Below are positions 1-8,547 of a stretch of DNA of 64,000 bases, in pieces. How positions within the stretch are numbered: the stretch's first letter is position 1; each line of letters opens with the position of its first letter. Source of the DNA: Myxococcota bacterium (lineage in GTDB: Bacteria > Myxococcota_A > Polyangia > Nannocystales > Nannocystaceae); NCBI GenBank assembly GCA_039028615.1, contig JBCCHT010000027.1, forward strand, positions 32,001 through 96,000, written 5' to 3'. The position numbers and the translations under genes are program-made. The notes beneath the pieces were generated by a model. That model did not search any database, was not told the origin of the DNA, and saw nothing but the letters and a program-made list of their open reading frames with translations.

Positions 1-1
1 A

Positions 2-1429
2 TGTCAGCCGCCCAGCTGGGTCTCGTGCACGCTTTGCAACAGCCGCCCCACGGGGCCGCCCCCACCGTCGACCCGGTCGACCACGGCTCCATCGAAGCGC
101 ACGTCGTCGCGCGACGTGCCGATGCTCGAGATGAAGATGGAGTCGACCTCGAGCACGCCGACGACATCGACCACCACGACGCTCACCGCCAAGCAACGGT
201 TCCAGGTCATCGCGTCACAGTTCCCGCAGCGGAAGTCGGTGTCCCTGTCAACCAAGCTGGCTCAGGCCTTCAGCGCAGAGTCGGCGTTCTCGGTCACCAC
301 CGGATGTGACGAGGCATCACCGAGCCTGCTGTCGCTGACCTTCCACGGGGAGCCCCTGCAGGTCAAAGGCATCTCGGAGGTGACCCCTCCCGAGCTGACA
401 CCAGGACTCGTGCCCCCGAACTCGACCACGCCCCACTGGCAGCACGACGAGCACGGCTGCTACCCGGGCCTGTTCGATGCCTCCCAGCCGATGGCCGTGT
501 CGGTGACGCTGGATGCCGATGGCCTCGCGCTCGACGAGTACGAGCTGCTCGGTGTCTCCCGCCAAGGCGGCATCGTGTGCAACGAGTCCACGCTGACGAG
601 CGCGACCACGTTCCGCTGCACGCTCCAGGCGTACAGTACGGCGGCGGGCATCAGCGCCTGGACGATGGAGTGGGCGCTGCGCAAAAAGGGCACCCTCGAG
701 CACTTCATCATCGGCAGCTGCGACATCAACCTGATCTTCGCGTGGGGCCGCCCCTGCGGGCGGTGGACGGGCAAGGCGGTCTGGTACGAGGCCCTGTGGG
801 TGGCCCTGGGTCGCTGCGGCAGCAACCGCCAAAAGACGCAGAAGCTCTGCCTCGGCGCCATCGTCGATGGACTGGTCCAGTCCGACGGTCTGCGCTACGA
901 CACCCTGATGGGCGCAGCCGGCTGCGGCTGGACCCCGCTCGAGGACACGCCCGCACCGTTCAACCTCGCCAAGTTCATCCAGGTGGAAGCCGGCGTCTTC
1001 AACAAGACCGGCTTCTACGAGATCAGCCCCGGAGTCATGGGCATGCGCATGCCGGTCAGCGTGTCCTGCTACGACCTGTCGGCGGGACTATGCCTGCTCG
1101 GGTGCGCGCTCGGCCTGAACATGGAGGTGATCATGATGGGCAACCCCGACTCCTCCAGCAGCACCGTCACCATGTCCATCCGAGACGACCTGCGGGCGGT
1201 GGGTTTCCTGACCAGCCACTCCACCGTCGGTGCCTTCGCGACCCACGTGTGCACCCGCTTCGCGGGCGAGATCTACGACGCGGTGATGAGCCCGGTCGAC
1301 ACGGACGGGGTGCACCCGCTGTTCGGATTGAGCGCCACCGCCTACTTCACCGCGACCGTCTCCAGCAGCACCCAGCGAGCGCGGCTGCCATCGACGATTC
1401 GCACGCTCGCCCTGCCCTTCGATGCCTGA
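2..1429 (+). CDS. Hypothetical protein, possibly 5'-truncated; C-terminal region has a candidate transglutaminase/papain-like Cys-His-Asp triad
   Basis: The frame of ORF 116..1429 stays open back to position 2 (CQPPSWVSCTLCNSRP...). The C-terminal part has SCYDLS...ATHVC...IYDAV, the order and spacing expected of a transglutaminase-like triad. Confidence 0.6.
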   Translation, partial: CQPPSWVSCTLCNSRPTGPPPPSTRSTTAPSKRTSSRDVPMLEMKMESTSSTPTTSTTTTLTAKQRFQVIASQFPQRKSVSLSTKLAQAFSAESAFSVTTGCDEASPSLLSLTFHGEPLQVKGISEVTPPELTPGLVPPNSTTPHWQHDEHGCYPGLFDASQPMAVSVTLDADGLALDEYELLGVSRQGGIVCNESTLTSATTFRCTLQAYSTAAGISAWTMEWALRKKGTLEHFIIGSCDINLIFAWGRPCGRWTGKAVWYEALWVALGRCGSNRQKTQKLCLGAIVDGLVQSDGLRYDTLMGAAGCGWTPLEDTPAPFNLAKFIQVEAGVFNKTGFYEISPGVMGMRMPVSVSCYDLSAGLCLLGCALGLNMEVIMMGNPDSSSSTVTMSIRDDLRAVGFLTSHSTVGAFATHVCTRFAGEIYDAVMSPVDTDGVHPLFGLSATAYFTATVSSSTQRARLPSTIRTLALPFDA

Positions 1430-1447
1430 GGGCAACCGCTGGGACGC

Positions 1448-2245
1448 TCAGCCAATGCGACGAGGCCGGTAGGTCACCTCGTCGAGCGACTGACTCTTGG
1501 CCGCCGTCTTTTGGTTGGGCCGCCCGAACAGGCGCATCTGCGCCCACCGCTCGCGTCGCAGCAGGGTCCGCAGCGAGCCATGGCTGATGTCGTTGAGCAG
1601 GCGCTTGGTCATCGCGATCGCATCCGGGCTACGGCGGGCGACCTTGCGGGCCAGCTCGAGTGCCGCCGCCTCGGGATCGTCTTCGATGCGCGTCACCAGG
1701 CCCACCGCCTGCGCGCGCTCGGCCCCGACGCGCTCGCCGGTCATGGTGAGCTCTTTGAGGTGGTCGAGACGGATCTGCTCGCGGAACACCACGGTGCCGC
1801 CCATGTCGGGCACCAGGCCGTAGCAAATCTCCATGATCGAGAACTCGGCGTCCGCGGTGCAGAGCCGGAAGTCTGCACCCAGGGCGATCTGAAGGCCTCC
1901 GCCGAAGCACTTGCCGTGCACCACCGCGATGACGGGCACGGGCAGGTCGCGCCAGGCCAGCGAGACCCGCTGCACCCGGTTCATGCGGCTGAGCGGGGCG
2001 TTGACGAAGATCTTGGCCAGAAAAAGCGGGTTGCGCTTGGCGCTGGCGAAGTCGAGGCCGCTGCAGAAGCTCGGGCCTTCGCCCCGCAGGATCACGCTGC
2101 GAATGCTCGAGTCGCGACCGATCGACTTCGCCGCCGCGAGCAAGCCGTCGATCATCGCCTCGTCGAGCGCGTTGTGCTTGTCGGGGCGACTGAGGGTGAC
2201 GGTGGCGATGCCCTGGTCGATGTGGATGCGTACGCGGTCGTTCAT
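1448..2245 (-). CDS. Enoyl-CoA hydratase/isomerase (crotonase) family protein
   Basis: ATG at 2245 (MNDRVRIHIDQGIATVTLSRPDKHNAL). Crotonase motifs FCSGLD, AVVHGKCFGGGLQIALGADFR and GLVPDMGG. Confidence 0.92.
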   Translation of the reverse strand: MNDRVRIHIDQGIATVTLSRPDKHNALDEAMIDGLLAAAKSIGRDSSIRSVILRGEGPSFCSGLDFASAKRNPLFLAKIFVNAPLSRMNRVQRVSLAWRDLPVPVIAVVHGKCFGGGLQIALGADFRLCTADAEFSIMEICYGLVPDMGGTVVFREQIRLDHLKELTMTGERVGAERAQAVGLVTRIEDDPEAAALELARKVARRSPDAIAMTKRLLNDISHGSLRTLLRRERWAQMRLFGRPNQKTAAKSQSLDEVTYRPRRIG

Positions 2246-2306
2246 GTCGGTTCCTGGTCGGGCCCGGGCGGTCGCTCCGGCGACCGCGGACGCGGAGCGG
2301 GGCGGC

Positions 2307-2783
2307 TCAGTCGCCGTCGCCGTCTTCGACGCTGGCAATCGCCTCGGCGGGCGTGGCCTCGCCCTTCAGCACCGATTGCAGCGCGTCGAAGTACACCCCG
2401 GTCATCGTCAGGTTGGTGTCGATCAGGTTGTGGCACATCTGCGAGGTCAGCTCGACCTTCTCCAGGTCGATGGCCGTCTTGAAGCAGATTTCGCCGTCGT
2501 CGAGGTCGAGCTCCCAGTTGCCGATGGGCAGGGCGTAGTTGGCCCGGGTGATGAACTCCATGACCTGCGGGCGCACCTTCTTCTTCGCGGACTCGAGCAT
2601 CGTCGAGTAGAAGACCAGGCGGTGGCCGTCCTCGTCGATGAGCACCGCGCCGTCCCACTGGCGACCGTCGTCGTCCTCGAGCAAGAACGCGATCGTCTGA
2701 TCGCCGTCCTCGTCCTTCTTCCAGTCGTCGGCTTTGAACTCCTCACGCAGGAAGGCGGAGATTCCGTCGAAGATGCGGCTCAT
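2307..2783 (-). CDS. YbjN-domain (type III chaperone-like fold) protein
   Basis: 158 aa acidic protein with VMEFITRANYALPIGNWELDLDDGEICFKT, typical of YbjN-like proteins. Confidence 0.8.
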   Translation of the reverse strand: MSRIFDGISAFLREEFKADDWKKDEDGDQTIAFLLEDDDGRQWDGAVLIDEDGHRLVFYSTMLESAKKKVRPQVMEFITRANYALPIGNWELDLDDGEICFKTAIDLEKVELTSQMCHNLIDTNLTMTGVYFDALQSVLKGEATPAEAIASVEDGDGD

Positions 2784-2795
2784 GCCGCGCTCTTA

Positions 2796-3800
2796 TCATA
2801 CCGAGGCGTCGCTTTGGGTCGGCGACGCCGCGATCTGCTGCGCAGCGTCCTGCAGCCGGGCCAGCAGCCGTCGCGTCGCAGCGACCCGATGACGCCAGGG
2901 CGGTACGTGCACGGCCAAGCCGGACTCCTGCGTGAGCCTCGCATAGGCCTCGTCTCGCGCGTCGAGCAACCCGTTCAGCTCGCGCACGACCCGGGGCAAC
3001 GCACCATACTCGGCCGCACTCCGCAGCAGGCGCTCGAGCATCCCGCTACGGCCGCCAAACCCTTGCGGTAGCTCGCAGCGCCTCGCCAACGCCTCGAGGT
3101 CGCGGCGCGCGAGATACACCCCGCTGCGGATCGGCGTGACCAACAGCTCGGCCACCTTGGCCAGGCCGGTTCGCGGCTCGTCGAGCAACGCGACCGGCTC
3201 GCGCGGAGGTTCGACGGGCAGCGTAGGGCCGACGCTCGGCTCGGTGAGCGCAGCCCGGTGGCCCGCGAGCACCCCCACCGCCATCTCGACCACCCGGGTC
3301 CACAACGAGCAGGGTTGCCCCGTCAGCGCCCCCGACAGCGCGGGCATCCAGGGAAGGAGGGCTTCGTCGAGCACCCGCGCCTGCCATCCGCGCAGCGTCT
3401 CCACATCGGCGTCGGCGTGGTGCTCTGCGGCATCCAGCTCGGCGTCGCACAGCGTGGCCAAAAGGCGCAGCGCTTGGCCCAAGTGATCGGGGCTCGGGTC
3501 GTCGGGGCAGGACAGGCCGAGCGCGGCATGAGCCCGGCGCACGACTTCGACGGGTCGACCGCCTCCGACCAATCCGCTGGGATCGACGAAGACCCCGGCA
3601 AAGGGAAACAGCTCGTGCCCGAACAAGGCGTAGTGCTCGGCGGACAGCTCGTCGACGGAAGCGTCATCGGGTAGCCCGTGCGCCAGCGGAGGCAGAGCTC
3701 GCACGGTTCGCAGGCGCGGCTCGTCCACGCCCTCGACGAGCAGCGCGCCCAGCAGCGCGTAGGCCCGGCGGCGTGCCTCGACCACGGAGCGCTCGCTCAT
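2796..3800 (-). CDS. TorD/DmsD family molybdoenzyme maturation chaperone
   Basis: ATG at 3800 overlaps the stop of the upstream Mo subunit (ATGA). Contains EHYALFG...FPFAGVF, PSPDHLGQAL (the E/PxDH motif) and LLPWMP. Confidence 0.8.
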   Translation of the reverse strand: MSERSVVEARRRAYALLGALLVEGVDEPRLRTVRALPPLAHGLPDDASVDELSAEHYALFGHELFPFAGVFVDPSGLVGGGRPVEVVRRAHAALGLSCPDDPSPDHLGQALRLLATLCDAELDAAEHHADADVETLRGWQARVLDEALLPWMPALSGALTGQPCSLWTRVVEMAVGVLAGHRAALTEPSVGPTLPVEPPREPVALLDEPRTGLAKVAELLVTPIRSGVYLARRDLEALARRCELPQGFGGRSGMLERLLRSAAEYGALPRVVRELNGLLDARDEAYARLTQESGLAVHVPPWRHRVAATRRLLARLQDAAQQIAASPTQSDASV

Positions 3801-6781
3801 TCGGCCGCGGGCTCCCGCCCGAAGGGATGCTCGGGCAGGTCGTAGGCCTCGCGCACCGGCTTGAGCGGCCGCTTGAACCACCACGGGCGCCGCGTGCCGT
3901 CGGGGCTGTGGTCCACGGCCGAGCGTGCCAGCGCATGCCACTGGCGATAGATCTCCATGGACTTGCGGGTGTCGACGTAGACGTCGCCGTGGCGCTCGTC
4001 GGGCTCGGCCTTGCGCACGTCGATGGCCTTCTGCAGCCAGCAGTGCGCGCCGCTGACCGGATCGGGGTGCACGCCGTGGGTGAGGTTTTGGTGCACGCCC
4101 ACGTCCTTCCACCAGATCCGGCTGGTGTCGGGGTCGAAGCTCTTCCAGGCCTTGCCGCCCTCGGTGAGCCGCAGGCGGTGACCGCCCTCGCCGTCCTCGC
4201 TCAGCTCGGCGCGCGCGGTCATGCCCGGGTTCCCGCCCGAGGCGTCTTGCAGCCGCCAACGACCGAGGTGATGGCTCATGGCCACGATGCCCGGCTTGAT
4301 GCCCTCGGTGACCCAGACCTTGTCCACGAACCAGCCCGTCTCGGTCTCCACCCGGCACAGCTCGCCCGAGCGCACGCCGATGCGCTCCGCGTCTCGAGGG
4401 TGCATCCACAGCGGGTTGTTGTGGCTGATCTCGTACAGCCACTTGGCGTTGGCGGAGCGGGTGTGGATGAGCGTGGGCAGCCGGAAGTTGGGCAGCAGCA
4501 CCATGTTGCCGCGCTCGCGATCGATCTCCTCGGGGTGCACGTGACTGCGGAGCGGCCACGGGATCACGTAGTCGCGCTCGTTCCAGCCCCAGTCGGCCAT
4601 GGTCGGCGACAGCAGCTCGAGCTTGCGGCTCGGCGTGGTGAAGCCCGCATGGGCTTCGCCATCGACCAATACGCCGACCACGGAATCGTCGCGAATCACC
4701 CGGTCCTGCGCGTCGATCTGCGCCCCCGCCTGGTCGACCACCTTCTCGTAGGGCACGTAGTTGTCACGGGTGACCTCGAAGCAGCCGTACTTGCGCATGT
4801 ACTGCAGCGCGGTGAGGCCTTCGGCCTGCGCCGCCTCGGGCAGCCCCGGCACGGAGTGCTCGAAGACCCAGCCCCAGTACTCGTCCTGCGAGACCAGCTC
4901 GCCCGGCCGCTGCTCGCTCTCGAACCATGGGCGAATGCCGAGCTCGCCGTCGGGATCCATGCGCCCGGAGACCTCGACCCAAAACTCGGCCTCTTCCCAG
5001 ACCTCGCCGGGGTTGGCCTCGTAGGTGTGGCGGATCGGCTTGCCCGCCTTCTCCATGGCCACGCGCCGCACGGGCTGGCGGAAGCCGATCCACTGCCCCG
5101 CGTGGGTCTCCTGGCTCATCAGGTCGTGGCGCTCCCCCGCATGCCCCATGGGCAGCACGTAGTCGGCAAACCACGCCGACTCGTTCCACGTGGGCGTCAG
5201 CGCGACGTGGAACTTCATCTTCTCTTCGTCACGCAGGGCCTCGAGCCACATGAAGCCGTCGGGGTTGATCCACAGCGGGTTGTAGACCCGGGTGAAGTAC
5301 ACGTCGACGTCGCCGCGCCCCTCGGCCAAGAAGTGCGGGAGCAGAAAGCTCATCTCGTAGAACGCCAGCGGCCACTCGTGCGGCAGGTGCAGGTCGTTCC
5401 AGGCGTTGAATGCGGGCGGCTTCTTGTAGGGCTTGGGGACGAACTTGTTCCAGCTGTTGAACGAGGTGCCGCCCTTGGTGCCCACCGAGCCGGTCAGGAC
5501 GTTGAGCAGGAACAAGCAGCGCGCCACCTGCCAGCCGCCGCGATTGCCGATGGAGGCCGCGCGCCAGTTGTGGGTCGCCAGGCGGGAGCCCGCGTCGGCC
5601 ACCGCCCGGGCCGCTTCTTCGATCCGCTCGATGGGGACCTGGGCCTCGGCCGCGGCGCGCTCGAAGGTGAACTCGTCGTACAAGGAAACCAGGCAGCGCT
5701 CGAAGTCCTCGAAGCTCCCCTCACCCGTGGGCAGCTCGGGCATGCCGGGCACCCCGGGCGCTTGCTCGAGGAACTGCCGCCAGTTCACCCACTTTTTCAC
5801 GAACTCGCGGTCGTAGAGGCCTTCGACGAGCAAGTGGCGGGCGATCGACAGCAGCAGCGTCGACTCGGAGCCGGGCCAGGTCGGCAGCCACACGTCGGCC
5901 CGCGACGCGGTATTCGACAGACGCGGGTCGAGCACGATGAGCTTGGCGCCCTCGAGCTTACCCTCGATGATCCGCTGCGCGTGCGGGTTGAAGTAGTGCC
6001 CCGTCTCCAGGTGGCTGGAGATGAGCACGATGGTGCGCGCGTTGGCGAAATCGGGGCTGGGCCGGTCACCGCCGCCCCACACGTAGTAGCCGGCCCGCGC
6101 CGCGGCGGAGCAGATGTTGGTGTGGCTGTTGTGGGCGTCGACGCCCCAGGCGGTGATGCAGCGGTTGGTGTAGTGATCCTCGCCGGGCCGACCGACGTGA
6201 TACATGATGCCGTCGCGCCGCTTTTGTCGGCTCGCCCGCATCTTGGCCCCGATGTCGTCGAGGGCCTCGTCCCAGCTCACCCGCTTCCACTTGCCCTCGC
6301 CGCGGGCCCCCACGCGCTTGAGCGGGTAGAGGATGCGCTCGGGGTCGTAGATCTGGTTGTGGGTGGCCGGGCCCTTGGCGCAGTTGCGGCCGCGGCTGCC
6401 CGGGTGCACGGGGTTGCCCTCGAACTTGCGAATCTCGTAGGTGGTCTTGTCGACGTAGGCCAGCAACCCGCAGCCGCTCTCGCAGTTGAAGCAGATGGTG
6501 GGCACCAGGCTGTAGCGCCGCGCCTCTTTGCGGGGCCAGGCCTTCGAGTCCCACTCCACCCAGTCGTCCCAGCGCTCGGGCGGCGGGTATCGGCTCATGC
6601 GACCGTCGGGGTGCCGCACCTCGGTGAGCTTCACCGGGGTGTCGTCGACCTCGGCGAACCCGGGCAGCCCCGTGCCCGCCGCATTGGTGGCGACATCGGT
6701 CACGGGCCGCTTGGCGTCGCTACGCCCCAAGCCCAGCAGCGCGCCCAGAAAATCGGAGACGCGATCGGCCAGCTCGCTCAT
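3797..6781 (-). CDS. Molybdopterin-dependent oxidoreductase catalytic subunit (DMSO reductase superfamily), no Tat signal
   Basis: ATG at 6781 overlaps the upstream stop (ATGA). N-terminal 4Fe-4S motif CFNCESGC...NCAKG, then ERILYPLKR...WKRVSWDEAL, HTNICS (candidate Cys Mo ligand), ADYVLP, and a C-terminal dinucleotide-binding domain (LWMHPRDAERIG). No twin-arginine leader. Confidence 0.93.
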   Translation of the reverse strand: MSELADRVSDFLGALLGLGRSDAKRPVTDVATNAAGTGLPGFAEVDDTPVKLTEVRHPDGRMSRYPPPERWDDWVEWDSKAWPRKEARRYSLVPTICFNCESGCGLLAYVDKTTYEIRKFEGNPVHPGSRGRNCAKGPATHNQIYDPERILYPLKRVGARGEGKWKRVSWDEALDDIGAKMRASRQKRRDGIMYHVGRPGEDHYTNRCITAWGVDAHNSHTNICSAAARAGYYVWGGGDRPSPDFANARTIVLISSHLETGHYFNPHAQRIIEGKLEGAKLIVLDPRLSNTASRADVWLPTWPGSESTLLLSIARHLLVEGLYDREFVKKWVNWRQFLEQAPGVPGMPELPTGEGSFEDFERCLVSLYDEFTFERAAAEAQVPIERIEEAARAVADAGSRLATHNWRAASIGNRGGWQVARCLFLLNVLTGSVGTKGGTSFNSWNKFVPKPYKKPPAFNAWNDLHLPHEWPLAFYEMSFLLPHFLAEGRGDVDVYFTRVYNPLWINPDGFMWLEALRDEEKMKFHVALTPTWNESAWFADYVLPMGHAGERHDLMSQETHAGQWIGFRQPVRRVAMEKAGKPIRHTYEANPGEVWEEAEFWVEVSGRMDPDGELGIRPWFESEQRPGELVSQDEYWGWVFEHSVPGLPEAAQAEGLTALQYMRKYGCFEVTRDNYVPYEKVVDQAGAQIDAQDRVIRDDSVVGVLVDGEAHAGFTTPSRKLELLSPTMADWGWNERDYVIPWPLRSHVHPEEIDRERGNMVLLPNFRLPTLIHTRSANAKWLYEISHNNPLWMHPRDAERIGVRSGELCRVETETGWFVDKVWVTEGIKPGIVAMSHHLGRWRLQDASGGNPGMTARAELSEDGEGGHRLRLTEGGKAWKSFDPDTSRIWWKDVGVHQNLTHGVHPDPVSGAHCWLQKAIDVRKAEPDERHGDVYVDTRKSMEIYRQWHALARSAVDHSPDGTRRPWWFKRPLKPVREAYDLPEHPFGREPAAE

Positions 6782-8427
6782 GAGTTCGGAATCTCCTGAG
6801 GCGCCATCACGAAAGCGTGCTCGTAGTAGTACAGGCCGATCGCGGCCGCGATCGCACCGGCCCCGGCCAGTAGCGGCGACCCGAACATCAGCGCGACCAG
6901 GGGCACCACGTGCCCCACCACCACCGAGCCCCACCAAAACTGGCCGCGATAGCGTCCGTGCCCGATCTCGTGGGCGGCCCGGGCAGCGACCTCACTGGCG
7001 TGGGCGATGCCGAACTCCCCCGCGAGGGTGACGAACAGGTCGATGATGAGCATGGAGGCAAAGGCCGGTCGCATCACCGCCACCAGGTCGGGCGGCAAGC
7101 CGCTGACCGCATGCAGCAACAGCAGCGTGCCCGAGCCCATGGCCAGCGCCTGCACCAACAAGTGGAAGGGCAACAACGGGCTCTGCCACAGGTCGCGGCC
7201 CTCGGCCTGAGCGAACAGGAACGCGGTGTAGATGGCCGTGCCCAACGCCAGCGGCACCGTGGTCCACAGCAGGATGCCGCGCAGCAGCGGGGGAACCTCG
7301 AAGGGCCCGGTGCCGAGGAACTGCGCCGCCTCGAGGGTCCACCAAAGGCCCGCCACCGTGGTGAAGCCCACCAACAAGAATGCCCCGCGGGTCAGCCAGC
7401 TCTTCCACTGCGGGCGCAGCAAGATCGACAAGAAGCGCTCGGGTCGCTCGAGGTCATAGACGAGCAGGCCCGTGGTCACCAGCGTGAACAAAAGGCCCAT
7501 GAAGCCGGCGCCGAGCATCGTGCCCGGATCGAAGCCGAACAGCCCGAGTCCCCACCCCAGTGCGAGCACGAGGAACACGCCCGCGCCGACGCCCTTGGTC
7601 ACCAGGTACGCGGGCACGGGCCAGTGCCAGGGCACCTCGTGCTGGGCGTTCCAGGCCAACTGCACCATGTGCTCGGCGCGTCGTCCCCCCGTGCGAATCG
7701 GCCCCGCCGCGGGCAGCCCCTGCGTGCCCGGCTTGCGAATGGTGGCCCCCGACGGCGCGACCATGGTGCCGCCGCCCCCCTTGGGGGCTGCAGCGGAGCT
7801 GAGCCCCTGCTCGGTGACCACGTCGGAGAACAGCATGCCCTGCGACTGCGGCCCCTCGGCGAAGACGGTGGGGTGCAGCGCGACGTCGTCCCCCTCGATG
7901 TACAGCACCTTGGGCGCGGTCCCCTGCTCCGGCTTGCGCACCGTGGTCTTGGCTTGCTGCACGAGCTTGGCGATCTCCGACATCGGGTCGTCGAGGTCCC
8001 CGGCCACGATCGCGTGGGTCGGGCACACCACGGCGCAGGCGGGCTCGAGCCCCACCTCGACGCGATGCGAGCAGTAGTGACACTTGGCCGCCGTCCCGCT
8101 CTCGGGGTCGATGTGGATCGCATCGTAGGGACACGCCTGCATGCACGCCTTGCAGCCGATGCAGGTGTGCTTGTCGAACTCCACGATCCCGTCTTCGCGC
8201 TGGTACATCGCGGTCACGGGGCAGATGCGAACGCAGGGCGGGTTGTCGCAGTGGTTGCACCGCGTCACCTGAAAGCTGCGACGCACATCGGGATAGGTCC
8301 CGCGCTCGACGTACTTCACCCAGGTGCGATGCACTCCCAGCGGCACCTCGTTCTCGCTCTTGCACGCGGTCGAGCAGGCGTGGCACCCAATGCACTTGCG
8401 ATTGTCGATGACGAAGCCGTAGTTCAT
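6778..8427 (-). CDS. Fused 4Fe-4S dicluster (NrfC/PsrB-like) and NrfD/PsrC-like membrane anchor
   Basis: Four Cys clusters (CIGCHACSTAC, CNHCDNPPCVRIC, CIGCKACMQAC, KCHYC...PACAVVC), then an NrfD-like multi-TM domain (WHWPVPAYL, DLERPERF, SWLTRGA, RDLW). Confidence 0.93.
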   Translation of the reverse strand: MNYGFVIDNRKCIGCHACSTACKSENEVPLGVHRTWVKYVERGTYPDVRRSFQVTRCNHCDNPPCVRICPVTAMYQREDGIVEFDKHTCIGCKACMQACPYDAIHIDPESGTAAKCHYCSHRVEVGLEPACAVVCPTHAIVAGDLDDPMSEIAKLVQQAKTTVRKPEQGTAPKVLYIEGDDVALHPTVFAEGPQSQGMLFSDVVTEQGLSSAAAPKGGGGTMVAPSGATIRKPGTQGLPAAGPIRTGGRRAEHMVQLAWNAQHEVPWHWPVPAYLVTKGVGAGVFLVLALGWGLGLFGFDPGTMLGAGFMGLLFTLVTTGLLVYDLERPERFLSILLRPQWKSWLTRGAFLLVGFTTVAGLWWTLEAAQFLGTGPFEVPPLLRGILLWTTVPLALGTAIYTAFLFAQAEGRDLWQSPLLPFHLLVQALAMGSGTLLLLHAVSGLPPDLVAVMRPAFASMLIIDLFVTLAGEFGIAHASEVAARAAHEIGHGRYRGQFWWGSVVVGHVVPLVALMFGSPLLAGAGAIAAAIGLYYYEHAFVMAPQEIPNS

Positions 8428-8454
8428 CGGCGCAGCAACCCCGGCCCCAGCAAA

Positions 8455-8471
8455 AGCAAATGGCGTGCCAG
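8455..8471 (-). promoter_or_regulatory. Sigma-54 (-24/-12) promoter of the molybdoenzyme operon
   Basis: The minus strand reads CTGGCACGCCATTTGCT, an exact match to TGGCACG-N4-TTGCW with GG-N10-GC spacing. It ends 27 nt upstream of the ATG at 8427. Confidence 0.85.
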
Positions 8472-8547
8472 GCGGTACTCTTGGGGAGGATCGCGCAGGG
8501 GGCTTACGGCTGGTCCGATCCTTGCGTAGCGTTTGACCGCGTTCGCC

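Noticed and set aside
3801..4559. 587-aa version of the TorD-like ORF, and similarly the 489-aa ORF 43215..44684
   Set aside because: The upstream parts are out-of-frame overlaps with the preceding genes. The real starts are the ATGs at 3800 and 43709.
3773..6799. 1008-aa + strand ORF (likewise 6910..8529 +, 25095..27353 +, 52126..53937 +, 55470..58022 +, 58809..60794 +)
   Set aside because: These are antisense shadows of well-supported genes. Long stop-free opposite frames are expected at this GC content, and they carry no recognisable motifs.
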